NCBI GenBank assembly: GCA_973851085.1
Contig: OZ316775.1
Coordinates: forward strand, 620,001 to 684,000
DNA length: 64,000 nt
Direction of reading: 5' to 3'
DNA from: Ptychomitrium polyphyllum
Lineage: Eukaryota
In this document: positions 37,502-49,857 of the stretch, piece after piece
Layout: each line of letters begins with the position of its first letter
Numbering within the stretch: the stretch's first letter is position 1
Position numbers and translations under genes: made by a program
The notes under the pieces: model-generated
What the model was told of the DNA's origin: nothing
The model's database searches: none
Seen by the model: only the letters and a program-made list of their open reading frames with translations

Positions 37502-38197
37502 TTAATGGAAGACGGGAGCATGGCGAAACATCTCAGTAACGACGAGCGACAGGAACCCGAGCATGGCCAGCCGCCCGTTCCACCTCTCCGCGCGCGCGGT
37601 GAAGGGCCCGAAGCTGCGCGCATCGGTGGACTCGCCGTTCAGGATGGGCACCAGGGAAGCGTACGTGAACAACTGCACCAAGCCCACGAAGTACACCAGC
37701 CCCGTTTGCCCGGGCGTGTAGAGCTGCTCGAACACAGTCAACCCGGTGGCCTTCTCTGCGAAGAACGCCCACACCAAGCCTAGCATCGCCAACCGGCAGT
37801 TGATGGTCTCAGGGGCGGGTCCGTCGAACGCGAAGACGCTACTGAAGGACTTGTCACCCGTCTCCGGCCTCCTCTCGATCTCGGGGCGAGGGTACAACGA
37901 CCCGGACTTGGGCTCCGTCCCGAACACGGACTTCTTCTCCGACTCGTTGACCTCCTGATTGCGGAGAATGTCGTCCTTCGTAATGGGCTTCTTCGTAGCC
38001 TGGTCCACTGCCTCCCTCAATCCACCCGGGGTCTCGTTACTGCCCGCCTCGCAACGCACCATCTGTCTCCGGCTTCGGAAGCTAGCCAATGACGGGAGCA
38101 CAGCGCCCAACAACGGAGCGCACCGGAGCTTGGCGCTGCTGCTGCCGCCGCCATAACCGATAATGCTTGTCTGCAACATCATAGTCGAGGTTGCCAT
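37502..38197 (-). CDS. ELIP: Early light-induced protein (three-helix LHC-like), chloroplast, 231 aa, intronless
   Basis: Ser/Arg-rich transit peptide (MVRCEA), two LHC motifs FDGPAPETINCRLAMLG and AERWNGRLAMLG, and ASLVPIL.G between them. Confidence 0.93.
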   Translation of the reverse strand: MATSTMMLQTSIIGYGGGSSSAKLRCAPLLGAVLPSLASFRSRRQMVRCEAGSNETPGGLREAVDQATKKPITKDDILRNQEVNESEKKSVFGTEPKSGSLYPRPEIERRPETGDKSFSSVFAFDGPAPETINCRLAMLGLVWAFFAEKATGLTVFEQLYTPGQTGLVYFVGLVQLFTYASLVPILNGESTDARSFGPFTARAERWNGRLAMLGFLSLVVTEMFRHAPVFH

Positions 38198-38875
38198 TGC
38201 AATATAAGCGTCACAACACTAACTACAGTACTTAGCAAGATTGTGTACTACTGAGAAGTTGAATGTCACTTGAAAGAAAATGAATATGCTTGTGAGTGTG
38301 ATGTGATTGTTGATGAGTTGACAATGATGGTGCAAGAGTGAAGGTGAGTGTGTCATATAGTTGGCTTCATGATGCCGAGTCCCAGACCCAGGTGTCCACC
38401 TGGTCGTGTGTGATTCTCAACCGGGAGCAGGAGCGTGGTTGCGCTTGCGGCCGCCAAGTAGGCGGTGATTTGACAAGGAAAGCGAAAGCATGCTACTTTT
38501 AGACTGCAGAAGAAAATCCTTGGACAGCGAAGTGCTCCACCTGGGGAGTTCGTGCTGCAGCGAAGTCTCTGGTTTCCACTGGAACCATTTTGCTTTTGAA
38601 ACGTGATGCTTTTTTTCACATTTTGGAAAAGCGACTGCGCCATGAAGATGCTATTTGTAGGATCTGGTGGACGTGGAAGCGCCAACCACGAGTTTGGTTG
38701 AAACAGGTGAATAACGAGCCTGATGACCCTCATTTGATTATCCAATTCCTGAAAATATTTTAAGGCTGTGTGGATTGGTGACTGAAGTTTTGCAGGGCTC
38801 CATGCTTGCATATTACGATTACAGTACGTGTACACTATTTTCTTAGTTCCTGTAAGTGAGATATGCTTATAATCA

Positions 38876-38899
38876 GTGACGTAAGCAATTTTACGTCAC
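38876..38899. promoter_or_regulatory. ocs/as-1-like palindrome about 680 bp upstream of the ELIP start
   Basis: GTGACGTAA-GCAATT-TTACGTCAC, a perfect 9-bp inverted repeat with two TGACG cores. Confidence 0.5.
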
Positions 38900-39770
38900 G
38901 GTGAAACTGTCTAAGACCCCATTCGCCAAGTTGGATGAATTCTTTCATGAATTATATTTATAGTGATCATTTTACATAAATAATATCTATGCCTTTTTTC
39001 TTGCTAAAAATATTCATGTTGAAATGAATGAAATCAATAAACCTTACATACTTAGTGCTAATCTTTGAAACTAAAGCATCATTTATGGCTCCAATTGTTG
39101 TCATTCCTATGAATCATAATAACTATGGAAGTTTCAAAATAATTTGCAATTAGCACAACATATGAGTTAAAATAATTGAGAATTTGCATAATAAGTAGAT
39201 ATATTGTGACTTGCACTCATATTTTAACACCAAAATTAGTGAGAATAAAACAATTATGAATTAAATTTGAAAATTTAATATATAATTATCATTATTCTAA
39301 TATTATAATTGTTCAAAAGGTATTAATAAAAACATGTTATAAAGTATTATTTTAAGACTACATTCTTGCACGAATCTACCAGAATTAGTGCAAGGATTAG
39401 CAATGGCAATAGTTGGTATCCTATACTCCACGATAATTTATTACTGCATCCAACATTCCAAGGGTCATACATAGCCAACTTAGAAAATAACGTGTTACCT
39501 CCCTCTTACTCAATGCTTTACATTCAAATTCACACCCTCACCTTAGGCCCTCAATCTCATTTGCTTAAATTTCAGCAGTGACTGCTGTCAGGAAGATACA
39601 GAAGAACGTGGATGTAAAGCAGACGACTAGAGGTGGACTTCACAGGCGGGTAAACTGGAGCAGGCCTTCCCATTGCGTAATTTTGCACTATATTCATACA
39701 ATAAGGCACTTTCTACACCTAAGACGGACAACTCAAGGCTCGTAACTGTCTAAGCTGACAGATTCAACCA

Positions 39771-42679
39771 TTAGCCAAGCCCTGAGTCGCCAGCTCCATA
39801 TGATGCAGGACGCTCCACCACTCGAATGCCTGCACCCTTGTCCCAATCCTCGGTCTTCATGGTCTCAGCCATAGCTTCCTGGCCTCGCCACAATATCTGT
39901 AACACGACCAAGATACCACGGATAAACAACAGGTATAGGAGACCTTTGAAACAGGACATACACAACAGGCATAATCTTAAACATCAAGAGCTCTCTACCA
40001 TCTTCACAACAAATTGGTGACAATTTTCGCAATATCTTTTGAAAATAATAACTGACACTATTATGATTATTATCATGTAGAAAAGTCAACCAACCTTATC
40101 AGCAACACCGAAGTCCACAGCTTTTTTTGGATTCATGTAGAAAGGCCTCTCCATTACTTTGGCAACCCTCTCAACGGGCTGCAAACCATATGAAACCACG
40201 AATAATGAGCATACTATGAAAACTGATCCAATCACAAGTGTATGATAGACTTGCTCTGTAAGCGCCATTCTCACCATCTCAAGATATTGTCATGAATTAA
40301 GGCAAGTGTCAGTACTATTATAGTATTGCCTGTCTAAATATCCTATCCATTAAGCAAGCATATGAGACAAGTAAATGACATTTAAACTATCCACCTTCAC
40401 TCGAGTAAACAGAGTAAAGTGTAGTAAATATAGGTATAGAAGAAAATTCTTACGTTGCCAGTATGCTTTGCCAGTAACCCGACAAGTGTGTCCCTGTTGT
40501 TGATAAGCTGCAAAGCAGAAATTACAACATTCGGAGATTAGAGGAAGGTATTCTTAGGTTCTTTTTGTCCTAAAGGAGAAGTCCTTGTGATAATAACGAC
40601 CAATTTTGTCAACTAATAATTCAAACTGTAACTAATAGTACTGTAAGTTTGCAATCATACATAGACAAACAATTGGAACGTCCAACTCGTGTTCATCCAG
40701 AATATTTTCGACTACCATAGTCAGACGCATACAATACTCAATAACAACCTTTCTAAAGTCACAACAACAGCATGCCTAAACATTTACCATGGGCATTACT
40801 GGGTGGGATTTCTGAAAAAAGCGTAAAGTATGAATAGGAAAAGGAGCGAGGAAGAGATTCTCTAAATCCAATAAAGAAAATGATTAATTGAGACTCGATA
40901 AAAGACAGTCATGAACGAGAGTGAGCACCTCTTTAGCCCTGATGTGAACGTCAATCGCGGACATCTGGCCTGTTGACGGTAATCTAGGTTGCTGGATCAT
41001 GGCTGCATAAATTTCAATATAGTGCAGCGGAATTCAATTCACAACTTCAGTGAGAATGGAAACTGGACTGGACATCAGAAAATATCCCAAAGAAAAGCCT
41101 GAAATCTATCAAATTAACAGTTCAGTGTAAGGCCTCAATAACAGAGCTGTAGAAGCCCATCAAGGATACACATTCAGAACACAAGGAAAAAACGAACATC
41201 CGGATGAGCAAGCTCCTGTTTCCTAACCAACGAAGCCTAAATTCAATATTTGAGTTTATTTTCTATTCCGAACATAGTCAAAACGGACTATGGTTTCTAG
41301 AAAGGTGAATTGCACATTTCAAACAGAAAATCGACGTACCTGTTGCATGGGGCATCATGTAACGCATGCCCTTGTCTCCTGATGCCAAGAGCAAACAGGC
41401 TTGTCCAATAGCGGCACCTACTGCTACAGTTTGTATCTGCGAAAGTCATATAAATCTATAAACTTGCAGCTCGTGATAAGCCGCAAGTCCTACATGAACC
41501 ACATCCTAGATATGTAAACCAACAGCTACGAATGAAGACTAATCATATTTACCTGATTTCTAACATTCATCAAAGTATCGTATATAGCAAAACCCTCGGT
41601 CTCCAACCCAACCTGCAAAAATTCTCAGCCAAGTAAGCTCACAAGCCAACAAATCAGCAACTTAATAATGTGTACAACGATAATGCAGAACATCGTTCAT
41701 GTATTGCAAAAAGCACTACTAGCCAATGGAGAGGTAGAGCACCCACTCCAACATATGGTTACACCGCAGATTCTATAAGTATGATCCATACAAGCCATAA
41801 TCTATCATTCACAAAGCAGGTGATATACCGTTTCACCATCGGCACGAGAAGTTCCAGTGGAATTAATATACACATAAATTGGCTGCCGGGGGTCCGCATA
41901 TTGCAAGTAAAGTAACTCTGCAATCACTAGCTCGGTAACTGCTGGCACAAGCTGTTCCAAACACAACCCACGTCAAGCCAGGGATATACAAGAATTACCA
42001 TTCCTTTCCCAAAATAGGTTCATCAGAGGTTCCACTAAATTCTTCTGAAGATAATTTGTAGCCTTCGTTCAAGAGGTAGTTCCACTACTAAACCCTAACT
42101 CTTAAATCAGCAAATTTCAGGTCCAGAATACCAAAGTGTGGAAAAACCAACCCTGATTCAATGAATCCAAAAACTCACAGGCATTCCAATATACACAATT
42201 CTGCTGTTCAAGAGCAAAGACGGAAGATCAGGAGGCGGTCGACGGGGCCTGTGCTCGTTGTAGCCCGATGACCTCTCTACCTGCTCAATCAAACACAAAG
42301 GCGTTCGTTACTCACAACACATACTCCAGGTACCTCAATCAAAGAACCCAAAGCACCCAAACAAAAGAGAACCAACTCAACTAACCTGCGCCGGAGCTGC
42401 CATCATCACCGGGTTGGTCAGAAGATCCAGCAACGGAGGGACATCCGCGACGCCACTGGCGCCGGCCAATTGCGCCTTCCCCATCTCTGTGGACGCAGCA
42501 GCCGCGAGCTTAGCCAGAAACGGGTCGTTCGGCGAATGCGGGTGCTTCAAGCCCATCCCCATGCTCACCCTCGCGGGCGTCGTCTTGGGCAGCCTGTGCG
42601 ACGCCTTGAGCAGGGAACCTACGTTCGTCGTGGGCGTCTGCCATAGCCCCCGCAGCATGCTGCTGTCCAGGAGCGCCAT
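39771..42679 (-). CDS. CLPR3: ATP-dependent Clp protease proteolytic subunit-related protein 3, chloroplastic (non-catalytic), 337 aa
   Basis: 9 GT-AG exons: 42679-42386, 42280-42179, 41951-41829, 41612-41553, 41436-41340, 41002-40929, 40507-40454, 40178-40095, 39896-39771 (1014 nt). PPPDLPSLLL.SRIVYIGMPLVPAVTEL, YINSTGT..DGET, GAAIGQACLLL (catalytic Ser lost), MIQQP (His lost), ILWRGQE. Confidence 0.92.
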
Positions 42680-44353
42680 GGCTCAGCTTATCCCCTCACC
42701 AGGATGTCGGAAACTCCACCAACGACTAAATCCCACGCAACGAAAGCGAGATCCGTAAGAAAACTGCAACACCAGGATTGCCAACCTGCAACACAGGTCC
42801 CTGCGTCGTCGACCAAAACCCTCACCTTGAGAAATCAATTGCGATATCTGACGACGCAAAGTCGCCTCCACAGGCTGCCAACGTCGTCATCCGGTGCAGC
42901 GTCACCCATACCCGCTTGAGTACCATCACGATATCATGTAGGTATTTAATAGGTGTCATGGAGTTGAGCTCGATTGAACGCGGCACTATGATGGCCTTTT
43001 CTCAAGATACCTGTCTGAGATAATCCGGTTATGTGCGAAGTATCACGGGGCTATCACCTAGTTATGAAGGAGTGTTGATAGGATCGCAGCCTCGTGGTCA
43101 TGGCCGTTTTTTAAGACGCTTGCTTGAATACAACTGGGTATCTCAACGATATCGCGCGAGTATCATATTTGAGGCGTCGGCAGTGTATGACTGTCATGTC
43201 CGTTTATAGTACAATCAAGGTATGGCGTTCGTATCATGTTCATTCGTACCACCTGGATATCATGGAGTCTCGAAGGAGTTTGCACTTTGCTCGTATATGC
43301 AATTCCTTTAGATACCCGCCTGAGTGGAATTCAGGTGTTGTACGCATTAACTGACACACTGGATGTCGTGAACTCTAATACGTCGTCCTTGAGATATAAA
43401 CATTTGGAGGTCGGAGTTAAAAGATGGTTTAAATTGTTTATCAAATTTTATGCATTAATATCATATTGAAATAAAAAGGATTGTGGCCTTCTTAAGAAAC
43501 CTATAAAATAAGAGAGTCTATTTTCTTTATTCTTAAATATACATCTATTGTAGAATTACATCATTTTAAAAATAAAGTTCTATGTTACTAACATATATCT
43601 AAGGAACAAGAAATAAGACTATTCTATAATTTTGTGTAATAGTGGTTAAACCATGAAATTTAATTAATTATGAACCTAAATTTCATACATATGATCCTTG
43701 ATAGGTTATTCAAAGGAAACGTGAATTTGTATCAACTTGGTTGACATAGTGTACGGCTAATGGCCTATTAAGTCCTGAACGAAGAGCGGAAAAACAATGT
43801 TCACGCTACCAGCCATGTGGGCCAGTGTGTGCTCTCCATGCAAACAATCCATGACATCACGTCGAACGAGAATCATGCTCATCAGAGAAACCTCAAAGGA
43901 CCGCCGAATGAACGTGGTAGACGAAAAAGACGAAAAACCGTCGGAAACGAACGAACACCACAATTCAAATACAGGGAAAGATGAACGTCATCCAGGAATT
44001 AACGAACAATGACGAGTTTCGTCTGAAATAGGAAAGTTCCTTTGCTCTTGCGAGTGGCGCATCCAATGGCGAAACCACCCAAAGCTGACACTTTCTAGAG
44101 CTTTCATAGGTTTCTGGCAAGAATATCTTAGGATTGGTAGATAAGAACTTTTCTAGTTGTTGTAACGGTTTTAGGATTTCTTCTCTCACGACTTCGGACT
44201 ATTTGGCCATGGAGTCGTCGTTGAGCAATGAGCGCATAGAAACCTTTTGTTGCGGCGTCATCGCTAGTTTTCTCTTGGATCAGAGTACTGATAGATTGCT
44301 AGCGAGTGCGTAACGCGACCCTGCATTGTGGTAGTGTGAATTCTCTGTTCGAG

Positions 44354-46118
44354 ATGGCGGTCGAGGGATTGTCGAGAATCGGGCTGGCGGGGTTGGCCGT
44401 GATGGGTCAGAACCTGGCGCTCAACATCGCGGAGAAGGGGTTTCCGATATCAGTTTACAACCGATCGGCAAGCAAGGTGGATGATACGGTGGAGCGCGCG
44501 AAGGAGGAGGGCAATTTGCCGGTGCGGGGGTTCAAGGACCCGTGCGAGTTTGTAAAGTCGATTCAGAAGCCGCGGTGCATCATCATCCTGGTGAAAGCGG
44601 GGGCGCCTGTGGATCAGACCATCGAGCTTTTGTCTAAGTATCTGGAGAAGGGAGACTGCATCATCGATGGCGGGAATGAGTGGTACGAGAACACGGAGCG
44701 GAGGGCGGAGATGGTGAAGGCGAAGGGTTTGTTGTACTTGGGCATGGGGGTTAGTGGGGGCGAGGAAGGGGCTCGACATGGGCCGTCGCTCATGCCTGGC
44801 GGAACTTTTGAGGCGTACAAGTACATCGAGGATGTCGTGAAGAAGGTAGCTGCGCAGGTGAATGATGGGCCATGTGTGACTTATGTTGGCCCTGGTGGGG
44901 CTGGAAACTTTGTCAAGATGGTGCACAATGGCATTGAGTATGGTGACATGGAGCTCATCGCGGAGGCTTACGATGTGCTGAAATCGGTGGGTGGGTTGTC
45001 AAACAAGGAGCTTCATGAGACTTTTTTTGAGTGGAACAAGGGGGAGCTCGAGAGCTTTCTGATCGAGATTACTGCGGATATCTTCTCCGTTCCGGATGAT
45101 AAGGGTGAAGGAGAACTTGTGGACAAGGTGTTGGACAAGACGGGTATGAAAGGGACTGGCAAGTGGACCGTGCAACAGGCTGCGGAGCTGTCCGTTGCTG
45201 CGCCTACAATCGCGACGTCTTTGGACTTGCGGTACCTTTCAGGTCAGTATTTTTGTTATTCAAATCTACTGATTCATCGGTTGTTTTCCGTGTTGAGGTT
45301 TTTATAGAATACGCTCTTTGCACAATTTGAATTCATAGTTTCTGAAGATTCACTATTAAGGTTTATCCGTTCCATGGATCTTGATATGGGCTTGATTAGA
45401 ATTTGTTGATGACTGGTTTTTATTTCTTTTCCCCACTACGCATTGTATCTTTATGTTTTTAATGAACATTCGGCGCTGTTATCGATTTTCAGGTTTGAAA
45501 GAGGAACGAGTGGAAGCGTCCAAAGTTTTCAAGTCTTTGGGAGTGAGTGACCTCCTAGCTGACGTGAAAGTAGATAAGAAGGAGCTCGTTGACAATGTTC
45601 GCAAGGCCCTGTATGCGTCAAAGATTTGCAGTTACGCCCAAGGCATGAACCTCATTCGTGCAAAGAGCATTGAGAAGGGTTGGAATCTAGACCTAGGAGA
45701 ACTCGCTCGCATCTGGAAGGGTGGGTGCATCATCCGAGCCAAATTCTTGGACCGCATCAAGAAAGCATACGACAGGAACCCGAAATTGGCAAGCTTGTTG
45801 ATAGATCCCGAATTCGCCAAGGAGATGGTTGAGAGGCAAGGCGCATGGAGGAAGGTTGTGTCTCTGGCAATTGAAGTGGGAGTGAGCACCCCGGGAATGA
45901 GTACCAGTCTTGGCTATTTTGATACCTACAGGCGAGCTCGGCTTCCAGCAAATCTGGTCCAATCTCAGCGCGATTATTTTGGTTCCCACACGTACGAACG
46001 TGTTGACATGAAGGATTCCTTCCATACGGAGTGGTACAAGATTGCGAAGAAGCTGTTGGGCGAGAGGGCGGCCACCACCGGCGAGCTCCATATTGGTTCC
46101 AAGGAGCAGAAGTACTGA
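44354..46118 (+). CDS. PGD: 6-phosphogluconate dehydrogenase, decarboxylating, probably cytosolic, 504 aa
   Basis: join(44354..45242,45493..46118). GLAVMGQNLALN, IIDGGNEW, GVSGGEEGARHGPS, KMVHNGIEYGDM, WKGGCIIR, QRDYFGSH. No transit peptide before MAVEGLSRIG. Confidence 0.96.
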
Positions 46119-49100
46119 GATTCATGCGGGGTATGTAAGAAGGTAACGACAGATTTGTAAATTACTGTTATGCCTTGCTAAGTTGGGAGAATACAGCTTG
46201 TAATTAGCTGATTCTGGGCATAATCGGGTCAGAGTGAGCACTCCGGGTCCAGATACCCCATCAGTGGCATACACAATAAATACATAATACCTCAGTTCTG
46301 GTATTATTTCATCCAAAAACTGCTTGTTCTGGTAATGCTTTATTTGAACCTTGCTCACAATCTCTGGGTCTTCAGGCTGGTGGGCTTTGAGGATCGTAGC
46401 TCTTATCACATCGTCAGTACGTGAGTACCTACAGATTCTGTTGTATGTACTGGATGCAGGTTAGACGAATCGGATGCCAGTACTGATGCCATGTAACCTT
46501 TACTTTGACACTTGGATTGTTTCTAGATAGATCGTACTTGATCTTCCACGGAGACCCTTGGAATTCCAGCGATGTTGTTTTTGTATGTTGCACCTTCTGA
46601 GTGGGTTGTTTAGCAGTGAAGAGGAGATTTCGTGGGTTAGGTGCGATGGCAGGTCAAAGCATCACCTTCCTAAGAGCACTTTTGGTAGTCCCTTCATAGA
46701 TGTATATGAGCTCGTTACCAGCTTCGGTTTGTGGTTAATGGTTGAATGGTGGTCTTCCAGTGTTAAACCGAAGCGCCATCCTACACCACTGACCTCCCTT
46801 TGTGTGGGGTGAGGTGCTAATTTTAAGTTGCATTTCAAGGTCCCCTATCACTACATTGTACACATAAATTTACACATAAATTTGAGAGTTAGAAGATGGG
46901 TATGGTCTTATTGAGACAAGCATTGGACCTTGTTTTTATACCAAATTCAAACTTTTGAGGTTCAATGTTATACTTGCAATGTTCAAAACAAGATTAGCAT
47001 GAAGTAGAACAATTTTCACATGCTTATTGCACATTAAGGACTTAGAGTTAGAAAAACAGTAATTTGTTTTATTTGTTTTATTTGGTGAAGTATTTAAGAT
47101 GTTTAAGATCAAAACATAAATACTTGTAGTCATAATGTATGCAAATTTTGGAAGGATGCATTGAGTAATATTACAACCAATTTAAATAAAGACAAGTTTT
47201 TTCTTATTGCAAAGTATGTACCATAATTGAAAAGCTTGGTAGTGGTGGATTCTATGCATTCATGCAATTGAAAGGTTGTAATTTAGATACTTCAAAGGTA
47301 AATTATGGTGGATTTCTACATGTTCAAGTAACCTATTGTTATCTCATACAAATCATTTTAAATGAAACTAGCAAATGGTAATAAATGGTGGCAAATGTTG
47401 GTCATAATTTTTTTATCATAATGGACTATAATACATTCAACATGCAAGTATTTGTGTTTTTAACTCATTATGTTAACATGAAGCTAAGATTCAAAACTTA
47501 ACATCCACATTTTTTATATTTTCAATAAAATTCATGAATTTTGAACGTATGTTTGTTTCATTCGTTCAGGATTTTAAAATTATCAAGAATTTTAGAACTT
47601 TGTACCTTGTGGCTAAATATATAGGTATGTATGTACGTATAAACATGTTTTTATCTATAAAATAAAGAATAAAATATTATCCATTCATCATTGCATTAAT
47701 TTGTTAAAAAGGAAATTTAACATTTAAAAAAATCTTCATGTTCTAAAACAAAAAGAAGGTCTATAATATGCTCAAAGTTTCTAATATTACAAAGTCTAAA
47801 TTATATTTAAGTATAAAATACTAAAAGATACTAAAATTGAATCAATTTTTGTAATAAGAGTTATTTCTTGTTAACTATAATAAAAGATTTGAAGTTTTTT
47901 ATTAAATAATTTATTTTGTAGACTAATTAATATGAATTCTTTTTTGAATAAAAGATTTAACTAGCAATAAACGAATGCATGTATTTTTCCAATTTTAAAA
48001 AATTGATTGAAGTTGCTAGAATTGAAAGCAAAGTATTTATTATCATTATTCAATTTGAAGTATGGTTGTTTTCAAGTTGAGGGGATGTCATTTGATATAC
48101 AAGAACATATTTATGAATATATTTCATGTATCATCTATCATTTATTTCATACATTTTTATTTTGTCTAGGATTAGCTTTTATCCATCAATTATTTAATTT
48201 TTCAACCAAAACTTGGTTATCTTTTTCTCTATTATTTAATTTAATATTTTCATGTCTTTAACAAAAGGAATTTTTTTTATAAGCCCAAGTCTTCAATAAC
48301 TCTTTAATAATGCATAGTGAGGTTTCTACTTTGTTTTGAAAATTCAAAACAATCCTAAGATCAAATAATTTCTTAAAATTGCAACTTCATTCTATGTAAA
48401 GCTAAATCAATCAATCAATAATTTTTTTTTTCTTATCCTATCTTCTTTTCTATTTGGAAATTAATAATGTCTTTTGTAAGTAATTTTTTTTAAATGATTT
48501 AAAATAAATTGAAATTGAATTTTAACTAAGTAATTTTTTTTTAGTATATTCTAAACCACCAAGTTCATGGACAAATGCTTTCATTTCAAAAAAATAAGGC
48601 TTTAAGTTTTGAACATTGTTGTCATTTAGCTTATAATGCATAGACCAAAAAATTGAAGTCATAATTCCATTAGAATGAAGGTGTTTTTTTATAAATTTGG
48701 TTGTTTAAGATTAATTAAAAAGTTTAGACAAAATAAGTCAATAATACGCTTTTTTATTTTTTTAAATTTATTTCTAAAACTATGCAATAAAGAACTTATT
48801 TTTCTTTTTTATTTAAATGTCGTATAAATTATGCATGTAAATACTTTGTTTTATATATTTATTTCCAAAGACTATGCAGTGATTTTTTTTCTTCCAGTTT
48901 ATTAAATCCCATGTCTTATATTCAATTCATAAATTTCATTTGAAACCTCTTTATATTTTGGTTTTAATTAATTTTATAAAGATGTTCAAAGTTTATATTT
49001 CAAAACTTATATCAAAATACAAATGAATTGCACTACTTGATTTAAGTTAAATTTTGATTAGTGCAACAAATTTTCATCATATTATTTATATGCACTTCCT

Positions 49101-49796
49101 CATAGAAAAATAAATAAATGATAATAGTTCAAAGTTATTTTAAATTTAAACCAAAGATTTGTATCTAATATTAAAAAGATATTTACTACTTATCATATAA
49201 ACCCATTTTCTAATAATTTTTAAAATTTATGAATTACCATTAAAATATCCATAGATGCAAAAAGTATTCACATCATTGATTTTCATTGCATGAACATTGT
49301 CTTTAATTACATGAATTACATAGAATTTGCATAATTAATATTGTATAGGAACTTTCAATATTATGTTGAAGCAAAACAAACTTATATTTATTAAATTCTT
49401 ATGGAATAAAGTCAGATTTTCATCCCCTACAATACAATTACATATCCAAGTTCCTATCCAAAATCCATGGAGTTAAAAAAATTCCTTTTAATAAAAAAAA
49501 TTCTTTCATGCATTATAAAATTAATGTCACTGATTAATAAATTTTCACAGAGAAATGACATATAATTGTAAAATTATGTATTAGATATGTAAACATATTT
49601 TGTTCCTTTTTGGTATTCATTGCTCTAGAAATTCATATTTTTTAAATCAAATAATTCAATTTTAAAATTACGTGAAGGGAATTTTTACAAAAGGCAAAAA
49701 CTTGCAAGCATTGGAACGTATCATTTAACTTTAACTTTGGATGAATCAGAGAACCTTTTTCCTTAGCCATGGCATTCTAGTAAATACAACTTTCTT

Positions 49797-49857
49797 ATCC
49801 CTCATCCTTCATCCCTCATCCTTCATCCTTCATCCTTCATCCTTCATCCATCATCCA
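49797..49857. repeat. (TCATCCT)n 7-bp microsatellite
   Basis: About 8 imperfect copies read directly. Confidence 0.9.

Noticed and set aside
44450..46125. Long antisense ORFs over 6PGDH (likewise over the oxidase, ELIP and TPT)
   Set aside because: Shadow frames of GC-rich coding sequence.
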